This document shows, piece after piece, positions 9,791 to 17,907 of a DNA stretch of 64,000 nucleotides. The notes below the pieces were generated by a model that saw only the letters and a program-made list of their open reading frames with translations, was not told where the DNA came from and made no database searches. Origin of the DNA: a virus; the IMG/VR virus record IMGVR_UViG_3300032294_003343, positions 1 through 64,000 of that record; one strand, 5' to 3'. Within the stretch, counting starts at the first letter, position 1. The number at the start of each line of letters is the position of its first letter. The position numbers were made by a program, and so were the translations under genes.

Positions 9791-12402
9791 TATGAATAAC
9801 CCTTCTTTATTTCAGACAAATAATTTGTTCCATCATAAAACACATTTATGATATCTATAGAATTTCCAGCAGTTGATAAAGTGTTTACTCCACCAAGAAA
9901 CTTATACGCTCCATTTGGAGAAAGAAGTCTACTTCCTGACACATCTTGAGTAATCACGAGTTGCATTGATGAACCAGTAGGCATCGAAATAGGAGCATTT
10001 AATGTCAAATTATTATTTAAAGTCATAGTTTGGGTGCTTCCGTTATTCCAATTTGGTGTAATTGTGCCAGAAGTAGTACCAAAACCATAAACCGTTTCTA
10101 TAAACCCTCTTGCTGCCTTTGATGTAGTAGAATAAATATCGCCAGAAACTTGCAATTTATATGAAGGATTAGAAAGACCAATACCTACATTGCTACCATA
10201 TTCTGCCATAGTCAAAGTTGAATCTGATTTAACCCTTAATATAGGCAAACCAGACACATCATTAACACTATAAATATAATCAGCAAGAAGATCATTTGAA
10301 ATTTTGAATAATTGACCTGAAGCGCTATCAAAAGACAAAGAATTATCTGGCAAAACATTTAAGGTTATAGGATTATTTGTTTGTCCGATAAATGCTATAG
10401 ATGGAGAGGTAGTTATTCCCGCTGTTCCAATTGATGCAAATGTAAAATTGAGCATTCCAGAAACATTGAAATCATTTTGAAAAGTTTTATTTCCAGAGAA
10501 TGTTTGTGCGATTCCAGACATCAAACCAGTGAATCCAGAACCAGCGAGAGGAATTTGAATTAAGTGTGTACTACCAGAAGAAGCTACATAAAAACTATTA
10601 CCAGCTCCAACATTAATGAATTGAGCACTATCGTATAAGCCATTTATATATGAAATTCCAGAAACTACACCACTACCACTATTTGATGAAGGTGCGTTTC
10701 CAATTTCAACCCATTGTTCTGTACTATCAACATCTACAAAATATACACTTAAAGAGCCATCAATAGAATTCCACCACAAATCACCAGTTATAGCAGGTGT
10801 TGGGGCTGTTTCTGATACATTTACATTTGATATATAAGTCCAACCAAGACCACTAGCATAAGACGTGTTGGATTGTAAAACATATCTATTTGGACCACTT
10901 GCTAAACTGATAAAAGATGATCCAGCTCCTACAAGAAGATCACCTAAATTGTATGAGGTTTTTCCTGTGCCACCGTAAATACTTAATAGCGGTTGATTTG
11001 GTAAAGTAAGGCTTCCATATATAGTAATGCCATTGCCTGAAATTAAGCCATTCTGGAATGTTTTTGTGCCACCAAATGTTTGAGCAATTCCTGATACTAA
11101 ACCAGTAAAACCAACACCGGCAATTGGTATGTTAAATGTATGAGAGCTACCAACAGAAGATATATTGAAAGTATTACCAGCAAAACCTGCAAACAAGAAT
11201 TGCGTGGTAGATCCCAAATTATTAATTTGAGTGATGCCAATTCCGATATTTGTGGGAGGATCTACACCACCAAATGCACTATTGATTTCAACCCATTGTG
11301 ATGTGTCTATATCATTATAATATATATTTAGAGCACCATTTTCAGAGTTGTACCAAAGATCTCCTGGATTTACAGTATATGGTGGAGGATTTTCACCTAT
11401 AAATACTGATGTCCCACTGCCTGAGATTATAGTAGTTCCACCACTACCACCAGTACTAGAAAATATTAATTGCCCATAAGCATAAGAGATTGCTATGCCA
11501 CTACCAGCAACTAAACTATGCCATTCTACATCTCCACCACAATTTGAAACACTTAATACTTGATTTGGTGTTCCTAATGGTAATCTAGCCCAATTTGTGC
11601 CATTGAAGCGTAGAATATCACCTTGTACTTCATAGGCTATAGTAAGCTTAGAAGCATCAAACATTTGAGATGCAGAAAATGTAATTGGCTGGGTGTAAGT
11701 ATGTGTTCCAGTCCAATTGAAATTATATGCTTCGTTAACCCCAACCGTGCCAAAAGTTGTGATAGGATTGTTTGATAATGTGATTCCATTTCCAGCATTT
11801 ATTTGAGTGATGCCAGAACCAACAGGAATCCAAGAACTGCCATTATAAAGATCTAGTTTATTAGTATCTGTGTTGTAATAAACTTGTCCAGCTAATCCCG
11901 CAGATGATCTTGTGGTAAGGTTTGCAAATCTAAGGAATTGACTCCCCATTGAAATTGCACTGGTTGGAACATTTCCGCCATCTAATCTTAAGTATCTACT
12001 ATCAGCAAAAGATTGAGTAATACCAGATGTGCCAGTAGAAGCAATTTCATTCCAAGTTGATCCATCATAAACTTTAAGGACATTGCTTGTGGTGTTGAAG
12101 AACAAAGCACCACCAACACCAACACCTGGATCAGTTAAACCAGAACCAACTGCTAAACCATATTTACCTGGATCTGGTTGGAAAATAATATTAGAAGGAA
12201 CAATGTCCCCAGATTTTTTGATATAAAAATCTGGCTGAATGGAAAGGTTAAAAACTCCGCTGTTTATATTAAGAGTTAAGCCAGTATCAGGCGAGACCTT
12301 AAATGATAAATCACCTTTTAATGTGTTTAAAGACGTGACTACATTAGATCTTTGCAGCGATCCAACTATTAACCTGGGAGGGACAATGTAAAAATCTGAC
12401 AT
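9790..12402 (-). CDS. Tail-fibre-like protein, 870 aa
   Basis: Two G.lyyNt....l.vYdGs.W units, two GDLW(Y/W)NS...QWVEI units, two shared fibre repeats, C-terminal 'LVITQD..GSR...LSTAGNSIDII..FYDGTNY' domain. Confidence 0.8.
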   Translation of the reverse strand: MSDFYIVPPRLIVGSLQRSNVVTSLNTLKGDLSFKVSPDTGLTLNINSGVFNLSIQPDFYIKKSGDIVPSNIIFQPDPGKYGLAVGSGLTDPGVGVGGALFFNTTSNVLKVYDGSTWNEIASTGTSGITQSFADSRYLRLDGGNVPTSAISMGSQFLRFANLTTRSSAGLAGQVYYNTDTNKLDLYNGSSWIPVGSGITQINAGNGITLSNNPITTFGTVGVNEAYNFNWTGTHTYTQPITFSASQMFDASKLTIAYEVQGDILRFNGTNWARLPLGTPNQVLSVSNCGGDVEWHSLVAGSGIAISYAYGQLIFSSTGGSGGTTIISGSGTSVFIGENPPPYTVNPGDLWYNSENGALNIYYNDIDTSQWVEINSAFGGVDPPTNIGIGITQINNLGSTTQFLFAGFAGNTFNISSVGSSHTFNIPIAGVGFTGLVSGIAQTFGGTKTFQNGLISGNGITIYGSLTLPNQPLLSIYGGTGKTSYNLGDLLVGAGSSFISLASGPNRYVLQSNTSYASGLGWTYISNVNVSETAPTPAITGDLWWNSIDGSLSVYFVDVDSTEQWVEIGNAPSSNSGSGVVSGISYINGLYDSAQFINVGAGNSFYVASSGSTHLIQIPLAGSGFTGLMSGIAQTFSGNKTFQNDFNVSGMLNFTFASIGTAGITTSPSIAFIGQTNNPITLNVLPDNSLSFDSASGQLFKISNDLLADYIYSVNDVSGLPILRVKSDSTLTMAEYGSNVGIGLSNPSYKLQVSGDIYSTTSKAARGFIETVYGFGTTSGTITPNWNNGSTQTMTLNNNLTLNAPISMPTGSSMQLVITQDVSGSRLLSPNGAYKFLGGVNTLSTAGNSIDIINVFYDGTNYLSEIKKGYS

Positions 12403-12572
12403 AAAAATTTAGAAAAAACGGGCTGCAATATTATCAGCTGTAATTTTTTTACAGCATCTAGGACTTCATACTTTTTATATTCATTATTTGAGAAAGAAAT
12501 AACTACAAAAATTCTAGAGGAAGAAGATACAGTTTTTCATAAATAAAAAATAATTGCCCAAAACAAGGGTTG

Positions 12573-12600
12573 AAGGTGAAAAATAAAAAGTAATAGAAAT
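12573..12600 (+). promoter_or_regulatory. Putative phage-specific promoter (AAGG-N19-GAAAT)
   Basis: AAGG 12573-12576 and GAAAT 12596-12600; same motif and spacing upstream of several other genes. Confidence 0.45.
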
Positions 12601-12681
12601 AACAAATTGAAAACAAAAAATATAATTTGTTTTAGTTTATGTTTCTTCGAAGAAATAGATAAGGTATAAGGAGTACTTAAT

Positions 12682-13197
12682 ATGCCAACATATCCATCAA
12701 GTTTATACAAAGGTGTCGCTAGATCAGCCAATGGTACTACCAACGATCCAGGTTCCTACCTTTGGAACAACTTAACAACATACCAAGAGCTCAAAGATAC
12801 TGTCATTGGTTATGGTTCAGGCCCAAACGATAGCACAACAGTAACTTACAACTCAGCTGCAAAATATCCAACTGACGTCAGATTTGGTGTTACCGGAATG
12901 GGTACATCAACATTTGAAGATTTTGATCTTGTGCAAGCTAACTTGACCACATTGATTTCAAACTATGCAACAGCTGTAAGTTCAATCACTGCAACAGAAA
13001 GAGAAATTGCAGTTTCATTCTCTGGAATTTCATACAACAATCTCCAATCCAAAATGGAAAAGATTTCATATGAATTTGCAAGATTAATTGCAGATGTAAC
13101 TCTTGTAAACGCTGGTACTGCTGGTGGTGCAACAACCGCTCTCGGAAGATATCCATCATCCAGAAACAGATATACCAACACTGCTGGTGGTTTATAA
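12682..13197 (+). CDS. Hypothetical protein, probably abundant (possibly virion), 171 aa
   Basis: AAGGAG Shine-Dalgarno, own terminator, frequent AAC/TAC/GGT codons; no family recognised. Confidence 0.8.
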   Translation: MPTYPSSLYKGVARSANGTTNDPGSYLWNNLTTYQELKDTVIGYGSGPNDSTTVTYNSAAKYPTDVRFGVTGMGTSTFEDFDLVQANLTTLISNYATAVSSITATEREIAVSFSGISYNNLQSKMEKISYEFARLIADVTLVNAGTAGGATTALGRYPSSRNRYTNTAGGL

Positions 13198-13214
13198 TTA
13201 GTTTATCTAATTGC

Positions 13215-13248
13215 AAAAAGAGGGGAGAATTTTCTCCCCTCTTTTTTT
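13215..13248. terminator. Bidirectional intrinsic terminator
   Basis: AAAAAGAGGGGAGAA-TT-TTCTCCCCTCTTTTTTT between convergent genes. Confidence 0.9.
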
Positions 13249-13865
13249 TATCTCCAAATTGGCCCTTTTTTCAGTTTAGCCTTTAGTGCATCTATAGAAA
13301 GATGTTCTAATCTGGTTTGAACTAGCAATGTCTTCACAGAATATCTATTTTTCATATAAGATCCGTTGTAAGATCTATACATATTTCGATAAGCAGTTCT
13401 ATCAGGTAATTTACTTCTAGAATGCCTTCTTAAATGAACAGATAGCTCCTTTGTTCCAATTGCTATATTCCCATCAATTGTATATGGATTATAGACTCTT
13501 TTGGGGTCATAATACCTAATTGATGGTCTGACTAGCTGCATCATACCAATACAGGGTCTACTAGTCATCTTGAATTCGCTCTCAACATATGCGGTAGAAG
13601 CTATCACATATGGGTCTACTTTGAAAACTGCAGCATACTTCATTATAGCATCTGTAATTTTCTTTATGTATGATTGCGAATATCTCGGTTGAACAAGTTT
13701 GATAAATTTAGAAATTTTTTCTTTTTTATCAAGTTTATCCTTTGAGTTTGATACGGAAATTTTCGCATCTTGATGGTATGGTTTCGGTGAATGAATAACC
13801 CCAATGTTTATCAACAAAAGAATTATGGAAACAATCACCTGACTGATTACCTCAATCATTGTCAT
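13248..13865 (-). CDS. Lytic transglycosylase (SLT family) with N-terminal hydrophobic helix
   Basis: 'VDPYVIASTAYVES' (catalytic Glu-Ser), 'GMMQL', 'NIAIGT..L', 'SYNG'; residues ~3-25 hydrophobic. Confidence 0.85.
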   Translation of the reverse strand: MTMIEVISQVIVSIILLLINIGVIHSPKPYHQDAKISVSNSKDKLDKKEKISKFIKLVQPRYSQSYIKKITDAIMKYAAVFKVDPYVIASTAYVESEFKMTSRPCIGMMQLVRPSIRYYDPKRVYNPYTIDGNIAIGTKELSVHLRRHSRSKLPDRTAYRNMYRSYNGSYMKNRYSVKTLLVQTRLEHLSIDALKAKLKKGPIWR

Positions 13866-13942
13866 CTCCTTTTCATTTCAAGCAGGAAATCACTTGAAAC
13901 TTTTTATAAATAGATTATAGTGTTTTATTTTTGGAAATACTT

Positions 13943-14245
13943 ATGAACCCAATCGACCAAATGAAATCTTATCATACCGTTCCACAAAATGCACCAAAGC
14001 AAAAGATAAATCTAATGCGTCAATGCGAAGTTTGTATGGCTCAGGTACCTATGAATAGTGGCTTGTTTTTCTACTTGCCACAATACACAGAATACGCAAG
14101 CTGGCAACAAGATCGTGTTGGTAAGAGAGTTTGTATTTCGTGTTTACCTCCTCAAATTCAAAAACAACTCACCGAAAGAACTGTCAACGCTTCAAAGAAT
14201 GATTATATTGACAATCTTTTCGCTGAAATCTTTAAGGCAGACTAA
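13943..14245 (+). CDS. Small Cys4 zinc-finger-like hypothetical protein
   Basis: CEVC...CISC; ATG 13943 preferred over TTG 13931. Confidence 0.65.
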   Translation: MNPIDQMKSYHTVPQNAPKQKINLMRQCEVCMAQVPMNSGLFFYLPQYTEYASWQQDRVGKRVCISCLPPQIQKQLTERTVNASKNDYIDNLFAEIFKAD

Positions 14246-14520
14246 TGAATTATAGCAAATTAGCTCAATTAGTGCAAGAATTAGAAGAAAATGGATTCGA
14301 AGAAGAAGCCACAAATCTTGCTGATGCTATGAAGACAGAAGCTAGTCCAGATGTAATTTTTTCAAATGCTGATATTATTTCTGAAATGGACGAAATTATA
14401 GGTGGGGTTTTATATCATTTAAATATTGATAATAACCTAAAATTTGTCGGAAATAATTTATCCCCTCAAAGCATCAATGATATCCAAAATAGTTTGGCAG
14501 GGATTGTAAAGTCAGCTTAG
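14245..14520 (+). CDS. Acidic hypothetical protein carrying the shared N-terminal helix motif
   Basis: TAATG coupling; 'SKLAQLVQELEENGFEEEATNL' aligns with motifs in 16327-17079 and 30331-30909. Confidence 0.7.
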   Translation: MNYSKLAQLVQELEENGFEEEATNLADAMKTEASPDVIFSNADIISEMDEIIGGVLYHLNIDNNLKFVGNNLSPQSINDIQNSLAGIVKSA

Positions 14521-14747
14521 TGCCATTTGTGTTTTTTGTAATCTTCTAAGCAAGACTCTGGCACTTCTTTAATCCTACAATCTTCGCAATTTGTAGAAAT
14601 GTGCATAATATAATCATCCCAAGTTTTTAATTCTTTCTTTTCAGCTCGGGAAAATTTATATCTATTTTTCAAACCTGGCAAATATAATTCATCTTTTAAG
14701 AAAAAACTTTGCCCACATTTTTCACAATAACAAGCTACAGTTGGCAT
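14517..14747 (-). CDS. Small Cys4 zinc-finger-like hypothetical protein
   Basis: CEKC...CEDC; TAATG coupling to the upstream gene. Confidence 0.65.
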   Translation of the reverse strand: MPTVACYCEKCGQSFFLKDELYLPGLKNRYKFSRAEKKELKTWDDYIMHISTNCEDCRIKEVPESCLEDYKKHKWH

Positions 14748-15202
14748 TACTTCACAAAGTCCGATACAGTTTTACCAGTGAATAATTGAAGCACAGTCAA
14801 GAAAGCAATAACTCCACCAATAGTCCACATAATTCTGTTTATTGTGTTTTTAACATCCCAATAGATTTTCTTCATACTTCTGATGTCTTCTTTAACTTCA
14901 CTAATATCAGAGCCAAAATCAGAAATTTGCGCAGTGTATTCAAGAGTTGCTTCTTCTATATCAGAGTCTCTTTTAACTTGGGCTGTTTGGAAATTTTCAA
15001 ATAATCTTTCTAAAACTGCGTAATCTTTAGAAAGTTTCTTAAATTCATCTTCGGATAATAATTTTAAGGATTCTACACGAGCTAATATTTCTTTTTGATT
15101 TGTAAGAATATTGATGAGGGCCATATTAAAATCTAGATATGCCTCTGTCTGTGCTTTATAGACGCTCTTAAGTTGTTCTAATCCGACTTCGTTATCTTGC
15201 AT
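14747..15202 (-). CDS. Coiled-coil protein with C-terminal transmembrane helix (holin-like layout)
   Basis: GGAGG SD before ATG 15202; heptad-rich acidic region then 'IMWTIGGVIAFLTVLQLF'. Confidence 0.7.
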   Translation of the reverse strand: MQDNEVGLEQLKSVYKAQTEAYLDFNMALINILTNQKEILARVESLKLLSEDEFKKLSKDYAVLERLFENFQTAQVKRDSDIEEATLEYTAQISDFGSDISEVKEDIRSMKKIYWDVKNTINRIMWTIGGVIAFLTVLQLFTGKTVSDFVK

Positions 15203-15214
15203 TTTATCCTCCAA

Positions 15215-15541
15215 TTAAAGAGCAGAGAGAACTTGTCGTAATTTCTTTGAGGATTCGGAAAGTTTTACAATAGTGTCATCTACAGTTTCAAGAATAAATA
15301 ATTTACTTTTTGTTCCGTGATTTATATCTTTTTGTTTTAAACTGTATCTTTGATCTCTGAATTGAATATATGATGCTGATAAATAATTTTTTATGTCAAG
15401 ACCTTTCATAAAAAGTTCTTTTGCCTTGTCATTCATTATCAAGTTTTTATTATCATCTAAAATATAGGCTGCACAACTAAAGGTATCAAGAAGACCACAA
15501 ATTAAATTTGATGGGTTATTGCATTCTATATTTTGTTCCAT
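15215..15541 (-). CDS. Stand-alone PAS-like domain protein
   Basis: 'LLDTFSCAAYILDDNKNLIMNDKAKELF' matches the PAS N-terminal pattern (ld....av.ilD.......N..a..lf), followed by beta strands and a C-terminal helix. Confidence 0.55.
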   Translation of the reverse strand: MEQNIECNNPSNLICGLLDTFSCAAYILDDNKNLIMNDKAKELFMKGLDIKNYLSASYIQFRDQRYSLKQKDINHGTKSKLFILETVDDTIVKLSESSKKLRQVLSAL

Positions 15542-15552
15542 TCATTTATGCC

Positions 15553-16302
15553 TCAAAGAAAGATTCTATTGTAGTATTCTTCGAAGACTTGATAACTTTC
15601 CTCGTCTTCCATTACGATAAAAATATTCTTGATATTTGTTTCTTTTGCCGACTGAAGATAGGTCTTGATAGCTGCTAATTGAACTCTTGCAGTGTCATTG
15701 ATATCGTGAGTTCCACAGTCTGCAGGTATAACGAGTACATTTCTAGCTTGTTCTTCATCTGCTAATAACAAAGCTTTTCTCATTGCAGATTTAAGATCAA
15801 CCTCATTTACCAACCTACTTTCTCCCGATACTGTAGCGTGATAAATTTTTCTAGCTTTAACTTTAGAATTTTCATCACCATTTGAAGTGATGTAAACAGT
15901 TCCCATATTAATAGGCTTTTGGAATCTGTCAAGCTCATTTTGAACAATGCCACGGGACATTCTATTAAGGAGCGGATCATCAATAGTAAGGCCAATATTA
16001 GTAGGGTATATCAAAATATCAGCCTTGACCAGATAAGGATTTTCTATCTTATGAATACTGATTTTTGTTTTAGTATCAACAACTGGTTCAGGAGTTGGTT
16101 CTGGTTCTGGAGTAGGTGCAGATTGTTCTTCAATTTGATGCTTAAAAGTACACAAATTGGGATCACCCTGACAATCTTTGCCCCAAGATTCAACTACAAC
16201 ATCAAGCTGAATTTTAGTGAGAAATGAAGATAATCTTGGGTTTGATAATACTTTTACTAAACAATCACCCGAAGATAAATAAACTGGGCATAATTCTGAC
16301 AT
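15553..16302 (-). CDS. Degenerate macrodomain protein with N-terminal Cys domain and Pro/Glu linker
   Basis: 'KADILIYPTN...GTVYITSNG...ARKIYHAT...LKSAMRKALLLAD...VLVIPADCG...IKNIFIV' follows the macro fold order; canonical GD, NAAN, GGG and G(I/V)(F/Y)G motifs are altered. Confidence 0.7.
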   Translation of the reverse strand: MSELCPVYLSSGDCLVKVLSNPRLSSFLTKIQLDVVVESWGKDCQGDPNLCTFKHQIEEQSAPTPEPEPTPEPVVDTKTKISIHKIENPYLVKADILIYPTNIGLTIDDPLLNRMSRGIVQNELDRFQKPINMGTVYITSNGDENSKVKARKIYHATVSGESRLVNEVDLKSAMRKALLLADEEQARNVLVIPADCGTHDINDTARVQLAAIKTYLQSAKETNIKNIFIVMEDEESYQVFEEYYNRIFL

Positions 16303-16326
16303 ATTGTTTTTATACAATATGAGATA

Positions 16327-17079
16327 TTAAGAGCTTTTATCTGAAAAATCTTTAAACTTTGGGTCAGCAACAATTCTATTGTAATATGTTGCATCTTGAT
16401 ATTTTATGTCTTCTAATGCTGATTTTTTAGCATCACCCATTATTTTTCTTATTTGACTAGAATATCCAGGATTTGAATTTGCTGCATTGAAAAAATCATT
16501 CAACTTTGGTTCCCATTGATTAACTGGTGTTCTGGCAAGTAAATTAGCAAGCTGTGTAGACATTGTTCCTGGTAAAACAGTGTTGACAAATTCTTGTTTA
16601 CGTTCTTTGGCTACTCCAGATGCCAGATTTTGAGCAATAAATTTACCTAAATTTACAAATCCTACATTTGAAAGATTCATAAATTGTTGAGCTTTAAGGC
16701 CACCAGATAAGGATAATTGTGCTAAATAGTTTCTTCCCTGTTCTGTTTTTGATAATTCTGCAAATTGTGCTGGAGATAAAGTTGGCAACACAAGTGGTCC
16801 AGAAGGTCCCGTTTTTGATCTAAAAGGGGACTTCGTATCATACATACCTCCACCAGCAAACCCAGATCCTGCAGCAGTATCACTCATATTTTGATACATT
16901 GAATCAATAAGAGGGTTTCCAGTTCTAGGTGGTCCGGTAGGTTCATACTTACCAGGATAAGTAGGCAATAAATTTTGTGAAGTTTTTATTAAATTCTCAA
17001 CTTTATCAGACAAGGCATAGTGGCCTTTATGATCTAAAAGTTGTGCAATTTTTGTTAACTTACTTATATTTGATGTCAT
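16327..17079 (-). CDS. Hypothetical protein, possible internal head protein
   Basis: N-terminal 'KLTKIAQLLDHKGHYALSDKVENLIKTSQ' shared motif. Confidence 0.7.
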   Translation of the reverse strand: MTSNISKLTKIAQLLDHKGHYALSDKVENLIKTSQNLLPTYPGKYEPTGPPRTGNPLIDSMYQNMSDTAAGSGFAGGGMYDTKSPFRSKTGPSGPLVLPTLSPAQFAELSKTEQGRNYLAQLSLSGGLKAQQFMNLSNVGFVNLGKFIAQNLASGVAKERKQEFVNTVLPGTMSTQLANLLARTPVNQWEPKLNDFFNAANSNPGYSSQIRKIMGDAKKSALEDIKYQDATYYNRIVADPKFKDFSDKSS

Positions 17080-17836
17080 TTTTTTTCAAATATTGACTTA
17101 ACGGAGCCATTTCTCTTTCGTATTGGGAAAGAACATTAGTCATGCCTTCACGTTTTTCTTGAGTTGACAAATCTTGCCTAATAGCAACTTTAGCCATTGC
17201 TTGCAAGACATCATTCATATCCCATTTAGGAATTAATTTCTTAAACTCATCAATTTCTTGTTTTTGTGATGTTTTAACAAACTTAGATGATGTATTAGCA
17301 GTGGTGTTTCCAAACAATTTTTCTTTCATATCTTTATATCTGTCTGAAGATTCGTCTAAATTTATATTTTCTAAATTTTCAATGGGTTTATTTGTAAGTA
17401 AATCTTTCATATTTGACGGAGCATTTTTTTTAAAATCTTCCAATTCTTTTTGCAATTCTGGATTTTTCATTTCATATGCACCTTGAGAAAGAGCTGTATC
17501 CTTATAACCTCTATTTTTATCCATTTCAAGAGCATGAATAAAAGCAGATGGTTTATATCTTTCATTGATATTCCAGCCTGGTATCAAAGCTGTCAAATAT
17601 CCCATAGCTTCTTTTATTTCTTCTGGACTAAAATTATCCCCAAATGCTCTATTTCTCATATTTGAAATATAATCGAGCAAATTTGAAATTGGTGATGCAG
17701 GCGAAGTACTAGATGAGCTACCTGAAGATGGACTTGTGCCAGGACTTGATCCACCACCTGCTGAGCTAGGAGGTCTAGATGTTCTACGAGGTCTAGATGG
17801 AGCTGCTATCTTTCTAAATTTTTTAGATTCACTCAT
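17060..17836 (-). CDS. Hypothetical protein, possible internal head protein, Ser/Pro/Arg-rich N-terminus
   Basis: 'FRKIAA' near the N-terminus and internal 'FVKTSQ'; low-complexity linker. Confidence 0.7.
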   Translation of the reverse strand: MSESKKFRKIAAPSRPRRTSRPPSSAGGGSSPGTSPSSGSSSSTSPASPISNLLDYISNMRNRAFGDNFSPEEIKEAMGYLTALIPGWNINERYKPSAFIHALEMDKNRGYKDTALSQGAYEMKNPELQKELEDFKKNAPSNMKDLLTNKPIENLENINLDESSDRYKDMKEKLFGNTTANTSSKFVKTSQKQEIDEFKKLIPKWDMNDVLQAMAKVAIRQDLSTQEKREGMTNVLSQYEREMAPLSQYLKKNDIKYK

Positions 17837-17907
17837 TTTTGTTTAACTTTTCACTTACAAATGTAGATTTATATTTTATAATTACTGAAAATAATTTCCC
17901 ATACCCT

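Noticed and set aside
1-12402. Diversity-generating retroelement acting on fibre repeats
   Set aside because: No reverse transcriptase in the window; repeat differences are mostly synonymous, not adenine-specific, and all copies are coding.
12403-12681. tRNA, CRISPR array or structured ncRNA in the longest intergenic gap
   Set aside because: Only A/T tracts and a 7-bp hairpin (GCTGTAA/TTACAGC); no cloverleaf or spaced direct repeats.
13905-13912. T4-type late promoter TATAAATA
   Set aside because: Only one intergenic instance noticed in very AT-rich DNA; not seen before the structural genes.
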